60,000 nucleotides of DNA from Schmidtea polychroa (taxonomy: Eukaryota). The notes beneath the pieces are model-generated. The model was not told the origin of the DNA and ran no database searches. It worked only from the letters and a program-made list of their open reading frames with translations. The translations under genes and the position numbers were made by a program. Positions 32,579 to 46,118 of this stretch are shown in pieces (position 1 is the first letter of the stretch; each line of letters starts with the position of its first letter). Location of the stretch: the NCBI GenBank assembly GCA_044892525.1, contig CM097885.1:29142001-29202000 (forward strand), read 5' to 3'.

Positions 32579-35500
32579 TCAACAGTTACCAACAATCGGT
32601 TACTAAATATTTTTAACTAAGTGCTAACAAATAAGTACTTTCAACATGATACCACGTACTAACTCTCAAAAAAACCAGATACTTACAACGAACTACTAAA
32701 TATTCTTCACTGTATTTTATGAAATGCTTTTTAAATTAATATTTTTTATACAGCTTCTATAATAATTTTAATTACAATCAGTAGAAAAACCTTTTCAAAT
32801 TTAACAAACATGTTGATTTTCATCAAAAAACCACAACTCAATCACTTTAAAACACCACGTGAAATTCAAAATAATTTAAATTACAATGAAGGACTAATGA
32901 ATTCTAATTTACAAAACATTCTTCTTTTAATTGATTACTACTGACTTATTATTGCAAAGTAAAAATCATATTCAATAAATACTTACTGTTGATCAGTTTT
33001 ATTATATATACTCTGAGTTTATCCGACAGGATGTTTTGACCCCCTAAGGGTACTGGTCATAAAGGTACTGGTCGTAAGGGTACTGGTCGTAAGGGTATTA
33101 GTCGTAAAGGTACTAGTCGTAAGGATATTGCTAACTCTCAACCCCCCACCTACCCATTAACTAGCTACTAACAACCAGCTAACAACTAGATACCATGTAC
33201 TAACAACCACCATCAACCAGGTACTAAGCATTATCAACCTACAATTATATAACAACAATCAGTAAACAACACTGTACCAACTACCAAATACAAGATACCA
33301 ACAACATAGTATCATCAACCAGTAACTTACGAACATCTATTAACAACCAAGTAAAAACAATCAAGTACTAACAAATAGATCTTTAAAAGAAAATCCTCTT
33401 CACTTGCAATATTGGTAACACTCAACCCCCCACCTACTCATTAATTAACTACCATGTACTAACAACTAGGTTTCAAACAACAAAATACTAAACACTTACA
33501 ACCAAGTAAAAACAATCAAGTACTAACAAATCGATCTTTAAAAGAAAATACTCATCACTTGAAAAATTGGATGAAAAATTAATTGAAATAAAATTAATTT
33601 TAATTATTTTTTTTTAAAGTAATACATGTACTCAAATTGATTGACTGATTTCTCGATATATTCAAAAAATTAGTATAAATTCATTACAATTATCAAAGTC
33701 ATCAATCTACAATAAAAATAATTATCATTAAATTTCAAAAGAGACTAGAAAACTAACAAACCAGTAAATTCATTCAAATGACAATAATTGGTATATCCGA
33801 GTGAATTCTCCAATAAAATCATCTAAAAAGCATCAAATTTCCCTGAAATATCTCTATCTTTTAAGATTAGTATCTTATCGATAAGTACTTGTTAAAGATC
33901 ATATATTCACCTCAAACTAAAAAGATTCCTTAAAATCCCTTAAATGACTATATTTCAACCCTTAATTCGTATTATTACAAATATCATCTAAAAAGCATCA
34001 AATTTCATTGAAATAACTCTATCCTTAAAGATTGATATTTTAATGATAAGTACCCGTAAAGGATCATATATTCCCCTCAGACTAATAAGATTGCTTAAAG
34101 TCCCATTTAAATGACTATAATTCTAACTTTAATTCATATTATCACGAATATTTCCCTATAAAACATGTAAAATAATTTGGTCATTAACCCTAAAATAATT
34201 TATAAAATCTAATGATAAAACCGGTTATAATTAAATTTTTGTTAATCACTGTAAATTTTTGTAAATCACTACTCGAAATTTAAAATAAATATAACTGACT
34301 AGGTCCCATTGAAAGATTAAATTTATCCATTCAATAAAATATATTTCTTCAAATGATCATTTTTACCGATATTCAATCGATTTAATTACTAATTAAAATC
34401 ACCCGATAAATTTCTTCGATTAAAGATCAATTTTATTTAGTCAATGTTTTAAGTCCATATTTCTCAACTTTTGTCGTTGTCCGTCTAAATAAAGATAAAA
34501 ATAATTTAAAGTTGATATCAATCCCAATTATCTGTAAAGATTTCATTGTCAAAACCAAGTAAATCGATCATTATCCCTATTTAATAAAACATTGTTCTAA
34601 ATTAATTTACTGTGCATTAATCACAACCTAATAAAACGATATAATTTCACATTATTATTGATTCATAACTGAATAATTACCATTTCCTTTAAAACATTGA
34701 TATTTTACCATCATCATCCTTAAAAAATCATATATTCCCATCTTAACCCATCCTTCATTAAATTTAACCGACTATATCTCCCTTACAATGATATATTCCT
34801 ACCTTATCCTATCTCTCATTAAATCTAACCGAATATATCCCCCTAAAAGATCATATTTTCCCCATCTTAACCGATCTCTCAGCAAATCTAAACCGACTAT
34901 ATCCCATCTTAACCGATCTCTCAACAAATATTTCACCCATCAAATACCTAACTAGAGATGATATATATTGATTGATCATAATTCTTCAGCTATTCAACCA
35001 ATCATTTTCAAGCAATAACAGCAAACTAAATTTCTGTATATCCTACAATCATTTTCAAGTAAATTTAAAGTTAACTGGTTTCTTAGCTTATGTTTTTTAA
35101 AGTTCATCAATGAGTAAATATTCTTAGAAAATTATTGAAAAAATTATTTAGTCAAATAAATTACAAAGTTATCATCAAAAATTTATTCTATCACTTAATT
35201 ATTAACCTAATTGTCAATGAAATTAATTTTTATTTAAAAACTATTCAATAAAATACCACTAATTATCAAGAAATTAATTAAATTTATCAATTAAATTTAT
35301 CACCATTAAAACTTTTAATCAGTCAACATGAAATTATTAGAAAATTATTCAATATCCTCATAAAAATTTATCCTACCACTTGATTATTGTACAAACTCTA
35401 ATTATTAACCTCATTAAAAATTAAAAATACATCCAATTATCAAGAAATTAATTAAATTTATCTTAGAACTAACTTTAAATTATTAAATATTCATTCAATA

Positions 35501-38500
35501 AACATGAAATCCACAAAAATAATAGAAATCCACAAAAATCAAAGAAATTCACAAAAATGATAAAAATTCATGAAAATGATAGAAATTCACAAAAACGATA
35601 AAAATTCATAAAAATTACAGCAATCCGCAAAAATAATAGAAAATTACAAAAAAAAATGATGGAAATTCATAAAAATGATAGAAATTTACTTGAATATTTA
35701 CTAAAACCATCAACTCTAAAAATTATCAATACCTTAAACAACAAATTTGCCTAAATAACCATTCAAATAAAAGCATTAAATGATCAGTACCCTTGCGACA
35801 TGTTGAATGTGAGTAGTACCCTTGTGAGCAATACCCATAGGGGGACAGAATATTTTGTCGGATAAACTCAGAGTATATATTAATTAACTCATTCAAATTT
35901 TTCATTGAATCAGTAAAATTATCATAAATTTCGATAAAAAATCTAATGTGGTAAGCAATGTAAAATGTAAAGAGAAATATTCTTTAAACTTTGATAAAAT
36001 TAACAATGAAGGTGGTAAGAATCTTCATTAAAGTGAGGAAATTATTCATTACTCGATGATAAATTCAAATGGGTGAAAATAATTGGTAGAATAATTCATT
36101 AATGGATCATTGAATGGGCATAGATAAGATGAAAGTTGATAAGAATGGAAATATATTAATTGAATTTATTTAAAATTATTTCATAAAATTCATAAATTTA
36201 ATAAAAAAAATCTTAAAACAAATATTTTTGGAGATGTTTTAAGTGAATAATTAATGGAAAAATCGAGGGGATACAAATGATTAAATAGTGGAAAATTAGA
36301 GAATATAAGTGATTAATTAATGGAAAATCGGGTGAATATAAGTGAGGAGGATAATTTAAACTAGTTTATTACATAACAAGCCGTGACTAGTTTATTACAT
36401 AACAACCCGCGACTATTTTATTACATAACAATCTGTGAATGGTATTTGATTGTGGACTTTTTTTAAAAATCGTTTAATAAGTACTTTAATACCTTAATAA
36501 TTTAAATGTTTTGATTTACACTAAATAATTTCTAAATCAATTACCCTTTTCAATCAAAATAAGTTAATATTCAAATATAAGTCTTAGAAAATATAAATTT
36601 TATAGGTTTTTCAAATTTTCAAATAATGTAAATAAGAAATTAATCTATTACCAGTTATATACTTTTAAACTTATTGATGGAATAAGACAAAAGTTTTGTT
36701 GTAAAAGTCCTTTAATATTGTAATAATTATTTATTAATAAATTTATTATTTTACGTTAAATATTTCAAAAACAATTATCATATTATTAATTATATTACCC
36801 TTTTTAATCAAATAGATGACTTTTATAAAATACAATTAAAATTAAATACTTTACACTAAATTTAAAAATATAAATTTTATAAGTAAATGTAAATAAGAAA
36901 TTAGTGTATTAGCAGTTATAGACTTTTTAAAAATATTGATTAGGCAATAGATAATAAAAGTTAATTTTTTTCAAAAAGTTGTTTAATATTGTATTCTATT
37001 TATTATTAAATTTACTATTTTACACTAAAATATTTTAATGTAGAAAACAATCATCATTATATTAAATATGAAACTTCAATCAAAATAAGCTAATACTCAA
37101 ATATATGTCTTATAAAATACAATGAAAATTAAATACTTCACAAATTTTAAGTAAAGGTTTTTAAATTCTCAAATAAATGTTAACAAGATATTAATTTATT
37201 AATCATTATATACTTTTTAAACTTATTATTGGAAAAAAAAGTAGAATAATATTGAAAATATATACAATTTAAAAATACAAGAAAAATTAAATTATATACT
37301 TGGTAAAATGTTGGTAAAATTATGGTAAAATACCATTCACAGCTTGTTATGTAATAAAATAGTTGCGGGTTGTTATGTAATAAACTAGTCACGGCTTGTT
37401 ATGTAATAAACTAGTTTAAATTATCCTCCTCACTTATATTCACCCGATTTTCCATTAATTAATCACTTATATTCTCTAATTTTCCACTATTTAATCATTT
37501 GTATCCCCTCGATTTTTCCATTAATTATTCACTTAAAACATCTCCAAAAATATTTGTTTTAAGATTTTTTTTATTAAATTTATGAATTTTATGAAATAAT
37601 TTTAAATAAATTCAATTAATATATTTCCATTCTTATCAACTTTCATCTTATCTATGCCCATTCAATGATCCATTAATGAATTATTCTACCAATTATTTTC
37701 ACCCATTTGAATTTATCATCGAGTAATGAATAATTTCCTCACTTTAATGAAGATTCTTACCACCTTCATTGTTAATTTTATCAAAGTTTAAAGAATATTT
37801 CTCTTTACATTTTACATTGCTTACCACATTAGATTTTTTATCGAAATTTATGATAATTTTACTGATTCAATGAAAAATTTGAATGAGTTAATTAATATAT
37901 ACTCTGAGTTTATCCGACAAAATATTCTGTCCCCCTATGGGTATTGCTCACATTCAACATGTCGCAAGGGTACTGATCATTTAATGCTTTTATTTGAATG
38001 GTTATTTAGGCAAATTTGTTGTTTAAGGTATTGATAATTTTTAGAGTTGATGGTTTTAGTAAATATTCAAGTAAATTTCTATCATTTTTATGAATTTCCA
38101 TCATTTTTTTTTGTAATTTTCTATTATTTTTGCGGATTGCTGTAATTTTTATGAATTTTTATCGTTTTTGTGAATTTCTATCATTTTCATGAATTTTTAT
38201 CATTTTTGTGAATTTCTTTGATTTTTGTGGATTTCTATTATTTTTGTGGATTTCATGTTTATTGAATGAATATTTAATAATTTAAAGTTAGTTCTAAGAT
38301 AAATTTAATTAATTTCTTGATAATTGGATGTATTTTTAATTTTTAATGAGGTTAATAATTAGAGTTTGTACAATAATCAAGTGGTAGGATAAATTTTTAT
38401 GAGGATATTGAATAATTTTCTAATAATTTCATGTTGACTGATTAAAAGTTTTAATGGTGATAAATTTAATTGATAAATTTAATTAATTTCTTGATAATTA

Positions 38501-40744
38501 GTGGTATTTTATTGAATAGTTTTTAAATAAAAATTAATTTCATTGACAATTAGGTTAATAATTAAGTGATAGAATAAATTTTTGATGATAACTTTGTAAT
38601 TTATTTGACTAAATAATTTTTTCAATAATTTTCTAAGAATATTTACTCATTGATGAACTTTAAAAAACATAAGCTAAGAAACCAGTTAACTTTAAATTTA
38701 CTTGAAAATGATTGTAGGATATACAGAAATTTAGTTTGCTGTTATTGCTTGAAAATGATTGGTTGAATAGCTGAAGAATTATGATCAATCAATATATATC
38801 ATCTCTAGTTAGGTATTTGATGGGTGAAATATTTGTTGAGAGATCGGTTAAGATGGGGAAAATATGATCTTTTAGGGGGATATATTCGGTTAGATTTAAT
38901 GAGAGATAGGATAAGGTAGGAATATATCATTGTAAGGGAGATATAGTCGGTTAAATTTGATGAAGGATGGGTTAAGATGGGAATATATGATTTTTTAAGG
39001 ATGATGGTAAAATATCAATGTTTTAAAGGAAATGGTAATTATTCAGTTATGAATCAATAATAATGTGAAATTATATCGTTTTATTAGGTTGTGATTAATG
39101 CACAGTAAATTAATTTAGAACAATGTTTTATTAAATAGGGATAATGATCGATTTACTTGGTTTTGACAATGAAATCTTTACAGATAATTGGGATTGATAT
39201 CAACTTTAAATTATTTTTATCTTTATTTAGACGGACAACGACAAAAGTTGAGAAATATGGACTTAAAACATTGACTAAATAAAATTGATCTTTAATCGAA
39301 GAAATTTATCGGGTGATTTTAATTAGTAATTAAATCGATTGAATATCAGTAAAAATGATCATTTGAAGAAATATATTTTATTGAATGGATAAATTTAATC
39401 TTTCAATGGGACCTAGTCAGTTATATTGTACAGTAATAATTATTTTAAATTTCAAATAGAGTGATTTATTTTTAGAATAAAAATTTAATTATAACAAGTT
39501 TTATCATTAGATTTTATAAATTATTTAGGGTTAATGACTAATTTATTTTACATGTTTTATAGGGAAATATTCGTGATAATATGAATTAAAGTTAGAATTA
39601 TAGTCATTTAAAGGGGGTTTTAAGCAATCTTATGTCTGAGGTATTTAAGGATATTTATCGATAAAATACAAATCTTTAAAGATAGAGATATTTCAGGAAA
39701 ATTTAATGCTTTTTAGATGATTTTAGTGAAATATTTGTAATAATATGGATTAAGGGTAGAAATATAGTCATTTAAGGGGATTTTAAGGAATCTTGTTAGT
39801 TTGAGGTGAATATATGATCTTTAACAAGTACTTATCGATAAGATACCAATCTTTAAATATTGATATATTTTGGGGAAATGATTCTTTTTAGATGTTTTTA
39901 TTGGAGAATACACTTGGATATACCAATTATTGTCATTTAAATGAATTTATTGGTTTATTAGATGTTATCATTAGTTATCATTCTCTTTTGGAATTTAATG
40001 ATAATTATTTTTATTGTAGATTGACGACATTGATGATTGTAATGAATTCATACTGATTTTTTGAATATATTGAGCAATCAGTCAATCAATTTGAGTACAT
40101 GTATTACTTTTACAAAAATAATTAAAATTAATTTTATGTCAATTATTTTATTCAATCTAAATCAATTATCTACTAGATCTTATCTTATTAATTTATTATC
40201 TTAGTTGATTCATATTAACTTGAATGATCAGTATTTTTTTATTTACTTGATAATTAATGATTAGAATTCTTTCTGGTCCATTAATTAAATTTTTTTATTT
40301 GGTATATTTTGAATAATTTAAATTTTTACAATTATTTAATCAATTTTTACCAAGTTATTGATGCCTTGAGTTCAATTAATTTTTCATCCAATTTTTCAAG
40401 TGAAGAGTATTTACTTTTAAAGATCAATTTTTAGTACATAGTTGTTGGTTGTAAGTAGTTGGTTGACTTTTTAGATTTTGATAAGAAGAAGGTGTATGTG
40501 ATGAAGAATATTTTGTATTTAATTGCTATTATTTTTATGTGTGGTTAGTTGATTGTTGGTATCTAGTTGTTGATATCTTGTATTTGGTAGTTGGTACAGT
40601 GTTGTTAGTATCTAGTTGTAGGTTGATATTTGTTAATTTCTCGATGGGTTTTGATGCTGGTTGTAAGTGCTTAGTATTTAGTTGCTAGCTGGTTGATAGT
40701 ACTTAGTAACTAGTTATTGGGTAGGTTGTGGTTGAGTGACACCA

Positions 40745-40857
40745 ATACCCTTACGACTAGTACCTTTACGACTAATACCCTTACGACTAGTACCTTTACG
40801 ACTAATACCCTTACGACTAGTACCTTTACGACTAATACCCTTACGACCAGTACCCTT
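40745..40857. repeat. 15-bp tandem repeat (mirror at ~33047-33130)
   Basis: CCCTTACGACTAGTA / CCTTTACGACTAATA alternating units. Confidence 0.9.
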
Positions 40858-41314
40858 AGGGGGTCAAAACATCCTTTCGGATAAATTCAGAGTATATATA
40901 ATAAAACTGATCAACAATAAGTATTTATTGAATATGATTTTTACTTAGCAATAATAAGTAATCAATTAAAAGAAGAATGTTTTGTAAATTAGAATTCATT
41001 AGTCTTTCATTAAATTATCATCAATTCCACGTGGTGATGAGTTATCAATTATTTTTTGATGAAAATCATCAGTTTTTGTTAAATTTAGACATTTTGAAAA
41101 GGTTTTTCTACTGATTGTAATTAAACATATTTTTGAAGATAGATGAAAAATTAATTTAAAAAGCATTTGATAAAATACAGTGAAGAATATTTATTAGTTA
41201 GTTGTAAGTATCTGGTTGTTTGAGAGTTAGTTAGTACATGGTATCATGTTGAAAGTATTTGTTAGCACCTAGTTAAAAATAATCAGTAACCAATTGTTGG
41301 TAACTGTTGAATTA

Positions 41315-41416
<102 letters not shown>

Positions 41417-41860
41417 TTATTATTATTCCATTAAAATTTTCATTATAAATTACATTTCTCAAAATAGTTGGTGGTTATTCAATCTTTTGATAATAAATTT
41501 AAAAATCTTAGTTTAATTTACTTATTACATTACTTATTTAAAATTTATTACTTTAATTTAGTCATTTAGCTTTAATTTAAAATTTAAACCATTGTTTTCT
41601 TTAATTTAAAACCTTAATTTACTTATTAAAAATTTTTAACTTTAATTTACTTATCCTTAATTTAGCTAATTAATCTTTATTATTTAATTTTACACCATAA
41701 TTTACGAAACAACTAATTATAACCCTTATTTTCATATTTAACCAATAATTTCATGTGGTCATCTGGTTGTAAGTACTTGGTATATAGTTGTAAGTATTTG
41801 GTACTTATTTGTCAACACCTAGTTAAAAATATTTAGTAACCGATTGTTGGTAACTGATGA

Positions 41861-41897
<37 letters not shown>

Positions 41898-44147
41898 CAT
41901 TTAAATTTTCATTATAAATTACATTTCTCAAAAAAGTTGGTGGTTATTCAATCTTTTGATAATAAATTTAAAAATCTTAGTTTAATTTACTTATTACATT
42001 ACTTATTTAAAATTTATTACTTTAATTTAGTCATTTAGCTTTAATTTAAAATTTAAACCATTGTTTTCTTTAATTTAAAACCTTAATTTACTTATTAAAA
42101 ATTTTTAACTTTAATTTACTTATCCTTAATTTACCTAATTAATCTTTATTATTTAATTTTACACCATAATTTACTAAACAACTAATTATAACCCTTATTT
42201 TCATATTTAACCAATAATTTCATGTGGTCATCTGGTTGTAAGTACTTGGTATATAGTTGTTAGCGGGTTGTTAGTACTAGGTATCTAGTTGTTAGTACTT
42301 GGTTGAAAATGCTTAGTACCTGGTTGATATTGGTTGTTAGTACTTGGTAGGTGGTTGTTAGTATCTAGTTGTAGGTACTTGGTATGTGGTAGTTAGTTGT
42401 TAGCTGGTTGTTTTTGGTTGTAGGTAGTTGGTTGTTGGTTGATGATGCTTAGTACCTGGTTGTTGTTGGTTGTTAGTACTTGGTACCTGGTTGTTAGCTG
42501 GTTGTTTTTGGTTGTTAGTACGTGGTATCTAGTTGTAAGTACTTGGTAGCAGGTAACTGGTTGTTAGTAACTAGTTTTAGGTATCTGGTTGTTGGCGGTT
42601 GTTAGTACTTGGTATCTGGTAATTGGTTGTTAGTAACTAGTTGTAAGTTCTTGGTATCAGGTAACTGGTTGTTAGTACCTAGTTTGTTGTAGCTAGTTAA
42701 TGGGTAGGTGGTTGCAGGTACTTGGTATCTAGTTAATGGGTAGGTGCTTGTAGGTGCTTAGTAGTTGGTAAATAATGCTTAGTACCTGGTTGATGTTGGT
42801 TGTTAGTACTTAGTAGTTGGTATCTGGTACCTAGTTGGTTGCTATCAGGTAACTAGTTGTTAGTATCTAGTTGTAGGTATCTGGTTGTTAATACATCTTC
42901 GTAAGTTACTGGTAGTTGGTACTAAGTTGTTGGTTTGTTGTTGAATTATTATTAAAATTTGTCTTTGAAAAATATTTCATAGAAATTTTCATTAAAAATT
43001 ATCTTAAAAATTTCCATCTAAAATTATCATTGAAAAATATTTCATAAAAATTTCCATTAAAAATTAACTTAAAAAATTATTCCATAAAAATTTCTATTAA
43101 AAATTACTTAAAAAATTATTTCATAAAAATTTTCATTAAAAAATTTCAATTCTCAAACACCTTCTATTATTTCAACTTTTTGTTAATAAATTTTAAAATC
43201 TTACTTTAATTTACTTATTACATTACTTATTTAAAAATTATTACTTTAATTTACTTATTTAAAATTTTTTACCATTGATTACTTAATTTAAAAATTTGGA
43301 CCATTATTTATTGTAATTTAATTTTTAAGAACCTAAATTTACTTTAATTTAAAAATTTGGACCATTATTTACTTTAATTGAAAAATCTGGACCATAATTT
43401 ACTGTAATTTAATATTTTAGAACCAAAATTTACTTTAATTTAATTTTTAGACCCATTATTTACTGTAATTCAAAAACTTTGACCATAATTTACTTTAATT
43501 TAATTTTTAGAACCATTATTTACTGTAATTTAATTTTTTAGAACCATTATTTACTGTAATTGAAAAATTTGGACCATAATTTATTGTAATTCTAAATTTT
43601 TGACCATAATTTACTTTAATTTTAAAATTTGGACCATAATTTACTGTATTTGAAAAATTTGGACCATAATTTACTGTAATTTAATTTTTTAGGACCATTA
43701 TTTACTGTAATTGAAAAATTTGGACCATAATTTATTGTAATTCTAAATTTTTGACCATAATTTACTTTAATTTTAAAATTTGGACCATAATTTACTGTAT
43801 TTGAAAAATTTGGACCATAATTTACTGTAATTTAATTTTTTAGGACCATTATTTACTTTAATTTGAAAATTTTACCACGTTTTTTAGTGTAGACCACCTT
43901 TTTCTCAGGACCAAGGAGACTCACCTTAATTTAATTCGAAAAATCCATGCTTTTTTATTGAAGACCGCCTTTTTCTATTGAAAATATCCTGAGACCTTAA
44001 ATTACCATGCTTTTTTATTGAGACTGTCTTTTTGTATTGAAATTCTCAGGACCAAGGAGACCCACATGAATTGAACTAAAAAAATCCATGCTTTTTTAGT
44101 GTAGACCACCTTTTTGTATTGAAGTTCTCAGGACCAAGGAGACCCAC

Positions 44148-44601
44148 TTCACTATAGTGTGAAAAATTCCATGCTTTTTTAGTGGTAGTCGGATTTTTGT
44201 ATAGAAAAAAATTTTTTGTATTGAAAATCCCAGGACCATCGAGACCCCCTCACTATAGTGTGAAAATTCCATGCTTTTTTAGTGGTAGTCGGATTTTTGT
44301 ATTGAAAATCCCAGGACCATCGAGACCCCCTCACTATAGTGTGAAAATTCCATGCTTTTTTAGTGGTAGTCGGATTTTTGTATTGAAAAAAATTTTTTGT
44401 ATTGAAAATCCCAGGACCATCGTTTTTGTATTGAAAATCCCAGGACCATCGAGACCCCCTCACTATAGTGTGAAAATTCCATGCTTTTTTAGTGGTAGTC
44501 GGATTTTTGTATTGAAAATCCCAGGACCATCGTTTTTGTATTGAAAAAAATTTTTTGTATTGAAAATCCGAGGACCATCGAGACCCCCTCACTATAGTGT
44601 G
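44148..44601. repeat. Subterminal ~80-100-bp tandem array in the right arm (fewer copies at 29500-29720)
   Basis: Unit AGTGGTAGTCGGATTTTTGTATTGAAAATCCCAGGACCATCGAGACCCCCTCACTATAGTGTGAAAATTCCATGC containing the palindrome CACTATAGTG. Confidence 0.92.
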
Positions 44602-45416
44602 GAACAATTGCGTAATAAAATCGTGGAACAATTTAATTGTTCCAGCGGGCTACTAACTACCTACTGTTATGAAAATTAATTTTCCTTTATTGAAATTTAG
44701 AAGTCTGTACTGTAAATAAATTTTTTAGGAGTTCCTGTTTTAGAATTTCGATAGTTCCTATAAAAGCTTTGAAGGTCCTGTAGTAGAATTTTGAAAGTTT
44801 ATGTTTGTTAAAAATCAAAATTTGCAAGTAATAGAAAGTTAATAATAATTGAAAATTAGAAACTAATTGAAAGTTGAGGGAATCAACCAATTGTCTACCT
44901 TATATAGAAATTTTCGTCCAATTAGGACTTAGCTAGTGTGTATTTTAATATTTTTTCTTATTTTTTGTGCTTTTAACTGCTTTTCTTATATTATTTATTT
45001 GTTTTCTTTTGTTAATTTATTTAACAACTTAATTTATATGTTTTTCCTTTTTTTTGTTAATTTCTGTTGGTAATTATATTTGTAATTTGCTGTTTTCCTT
45101 TTTCTTTGTTTTTATTTATTGTTTTATGATGAATTTTTATTTTCTTGTTTATATTTTAATCTCCTGGTATTTATTTTTATTTTACTTAATTATTTTTTTT
45201 GCTTGTTCGTTATGGTTGTGTGTTTTGTGGTTTTTTTGTTATTGTTCATATTTTCTATGATCTAGTTTTAATTGCTTTCTTATTATATTATTTTTCTCCT
45301 TTTTTATTATTTATTTTTCCTACACTTGGCTGATTCACTCAATTTTACTTAATACGAGATTTATTTTTAACTAATTTATCAAGAGGGGAATTTTAACGAT
45401 TTATTATTATTTTGTT

Positions 45417-46118
45417 TTAATCTTCATAGCTTCTAGCCCAACATAAGTGATTTGTCCGCAGACACGTCCAATGTGTTCCTTTTGCGATCGGATTCAAAAT
45501 CAACCAAATATTCCAATGGGGAGGCATTATCCATTTTATATATATATGTTTAAATTCAAGATAAAGAATAATAATTTTATTTTCATCCATAGTGCCACGG
45601 GGATCAGTTTTGAATAATAACAGTTTGTCCATTTCAATATCATAAGATAATGCCACCATTGAACAACCTAATGGTCGCATCTCAGTTGATTGGGTAGAAA
45701 GCTGCTTAATATCCGCAATAGAACGATATATTATGTCACAAGGCATTTCATATCCATGTTTATATCTAAATCGAGCTGCTTCCATTTGTGCACGACATAC
45801 TTGATATCGATAATCAGGGATCATACCAGTCATGACACCTCCAGGACTTTCAGTAATATTAAACAACCTTGTAGCTGAACTCTTCTCAATCATTTTATCT
45901 GGAACCTTTCTTTGTGTAGCTACTACATCACAATTATTGCATCGAATACCAACGGAAATCCATCCACCAAATAAATTTAATATTAGTTGGCCAAAAACAC
46001 CATTAACGTTATCAGGATCTCTTGGGATCATAAAAAAGGAACCATCAGTTTCGTTGGTAGTATTTCCAATTTCCATTGAGTTATCAGATTCATAAATTTC
46101 TTCATTAAAAGCAGCCAT
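45417..46118 (-). pseudogene. PSMA6: Chimeric ORF containing an intronless proteasome subunit alpha type-6 fragment (~45594-45968)
   Basis: aa 51-175 (TQRKVPDK...VMTGM.PD.R.QV.RA..EAA.F.YK.GYEMP.D...IADI.Q..TQ..EMRPLGCSM...KTDP.G) match proteasome alpha-6. The normal N-terminus (FSPEGRLYQVEYA) and C-terminus are replaced by unrelated sequence. Confidence 0.85.

Noticed and set aside
44148..44601. CRISPR-like array, or T7/SP6 promoter vector contamination (CTCACTATAG / ACACTATAG)
   Set aside because: The units are tandem with no unique spacers and no cas genes, in a eukaryotic context. Only 9-10 bp match the phage promoters, inside a native repeat mirrored in the other arm.
44179..44631. 150-aa and 120-aa repetitive ORFs, also 40736-40948 (PLRL repeats)
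   Set aside because: These are translations of tandem repeats and are not preserved as equivalent ORFs in the opposite arm.
45462..45545. GTHWTC resembling the adenain/Polinton protease GTHW motif
   Set aside because: No other protease motifs are present, the second repeat copy has a stop in this frame, and it lies outside the TSD-bounded element.
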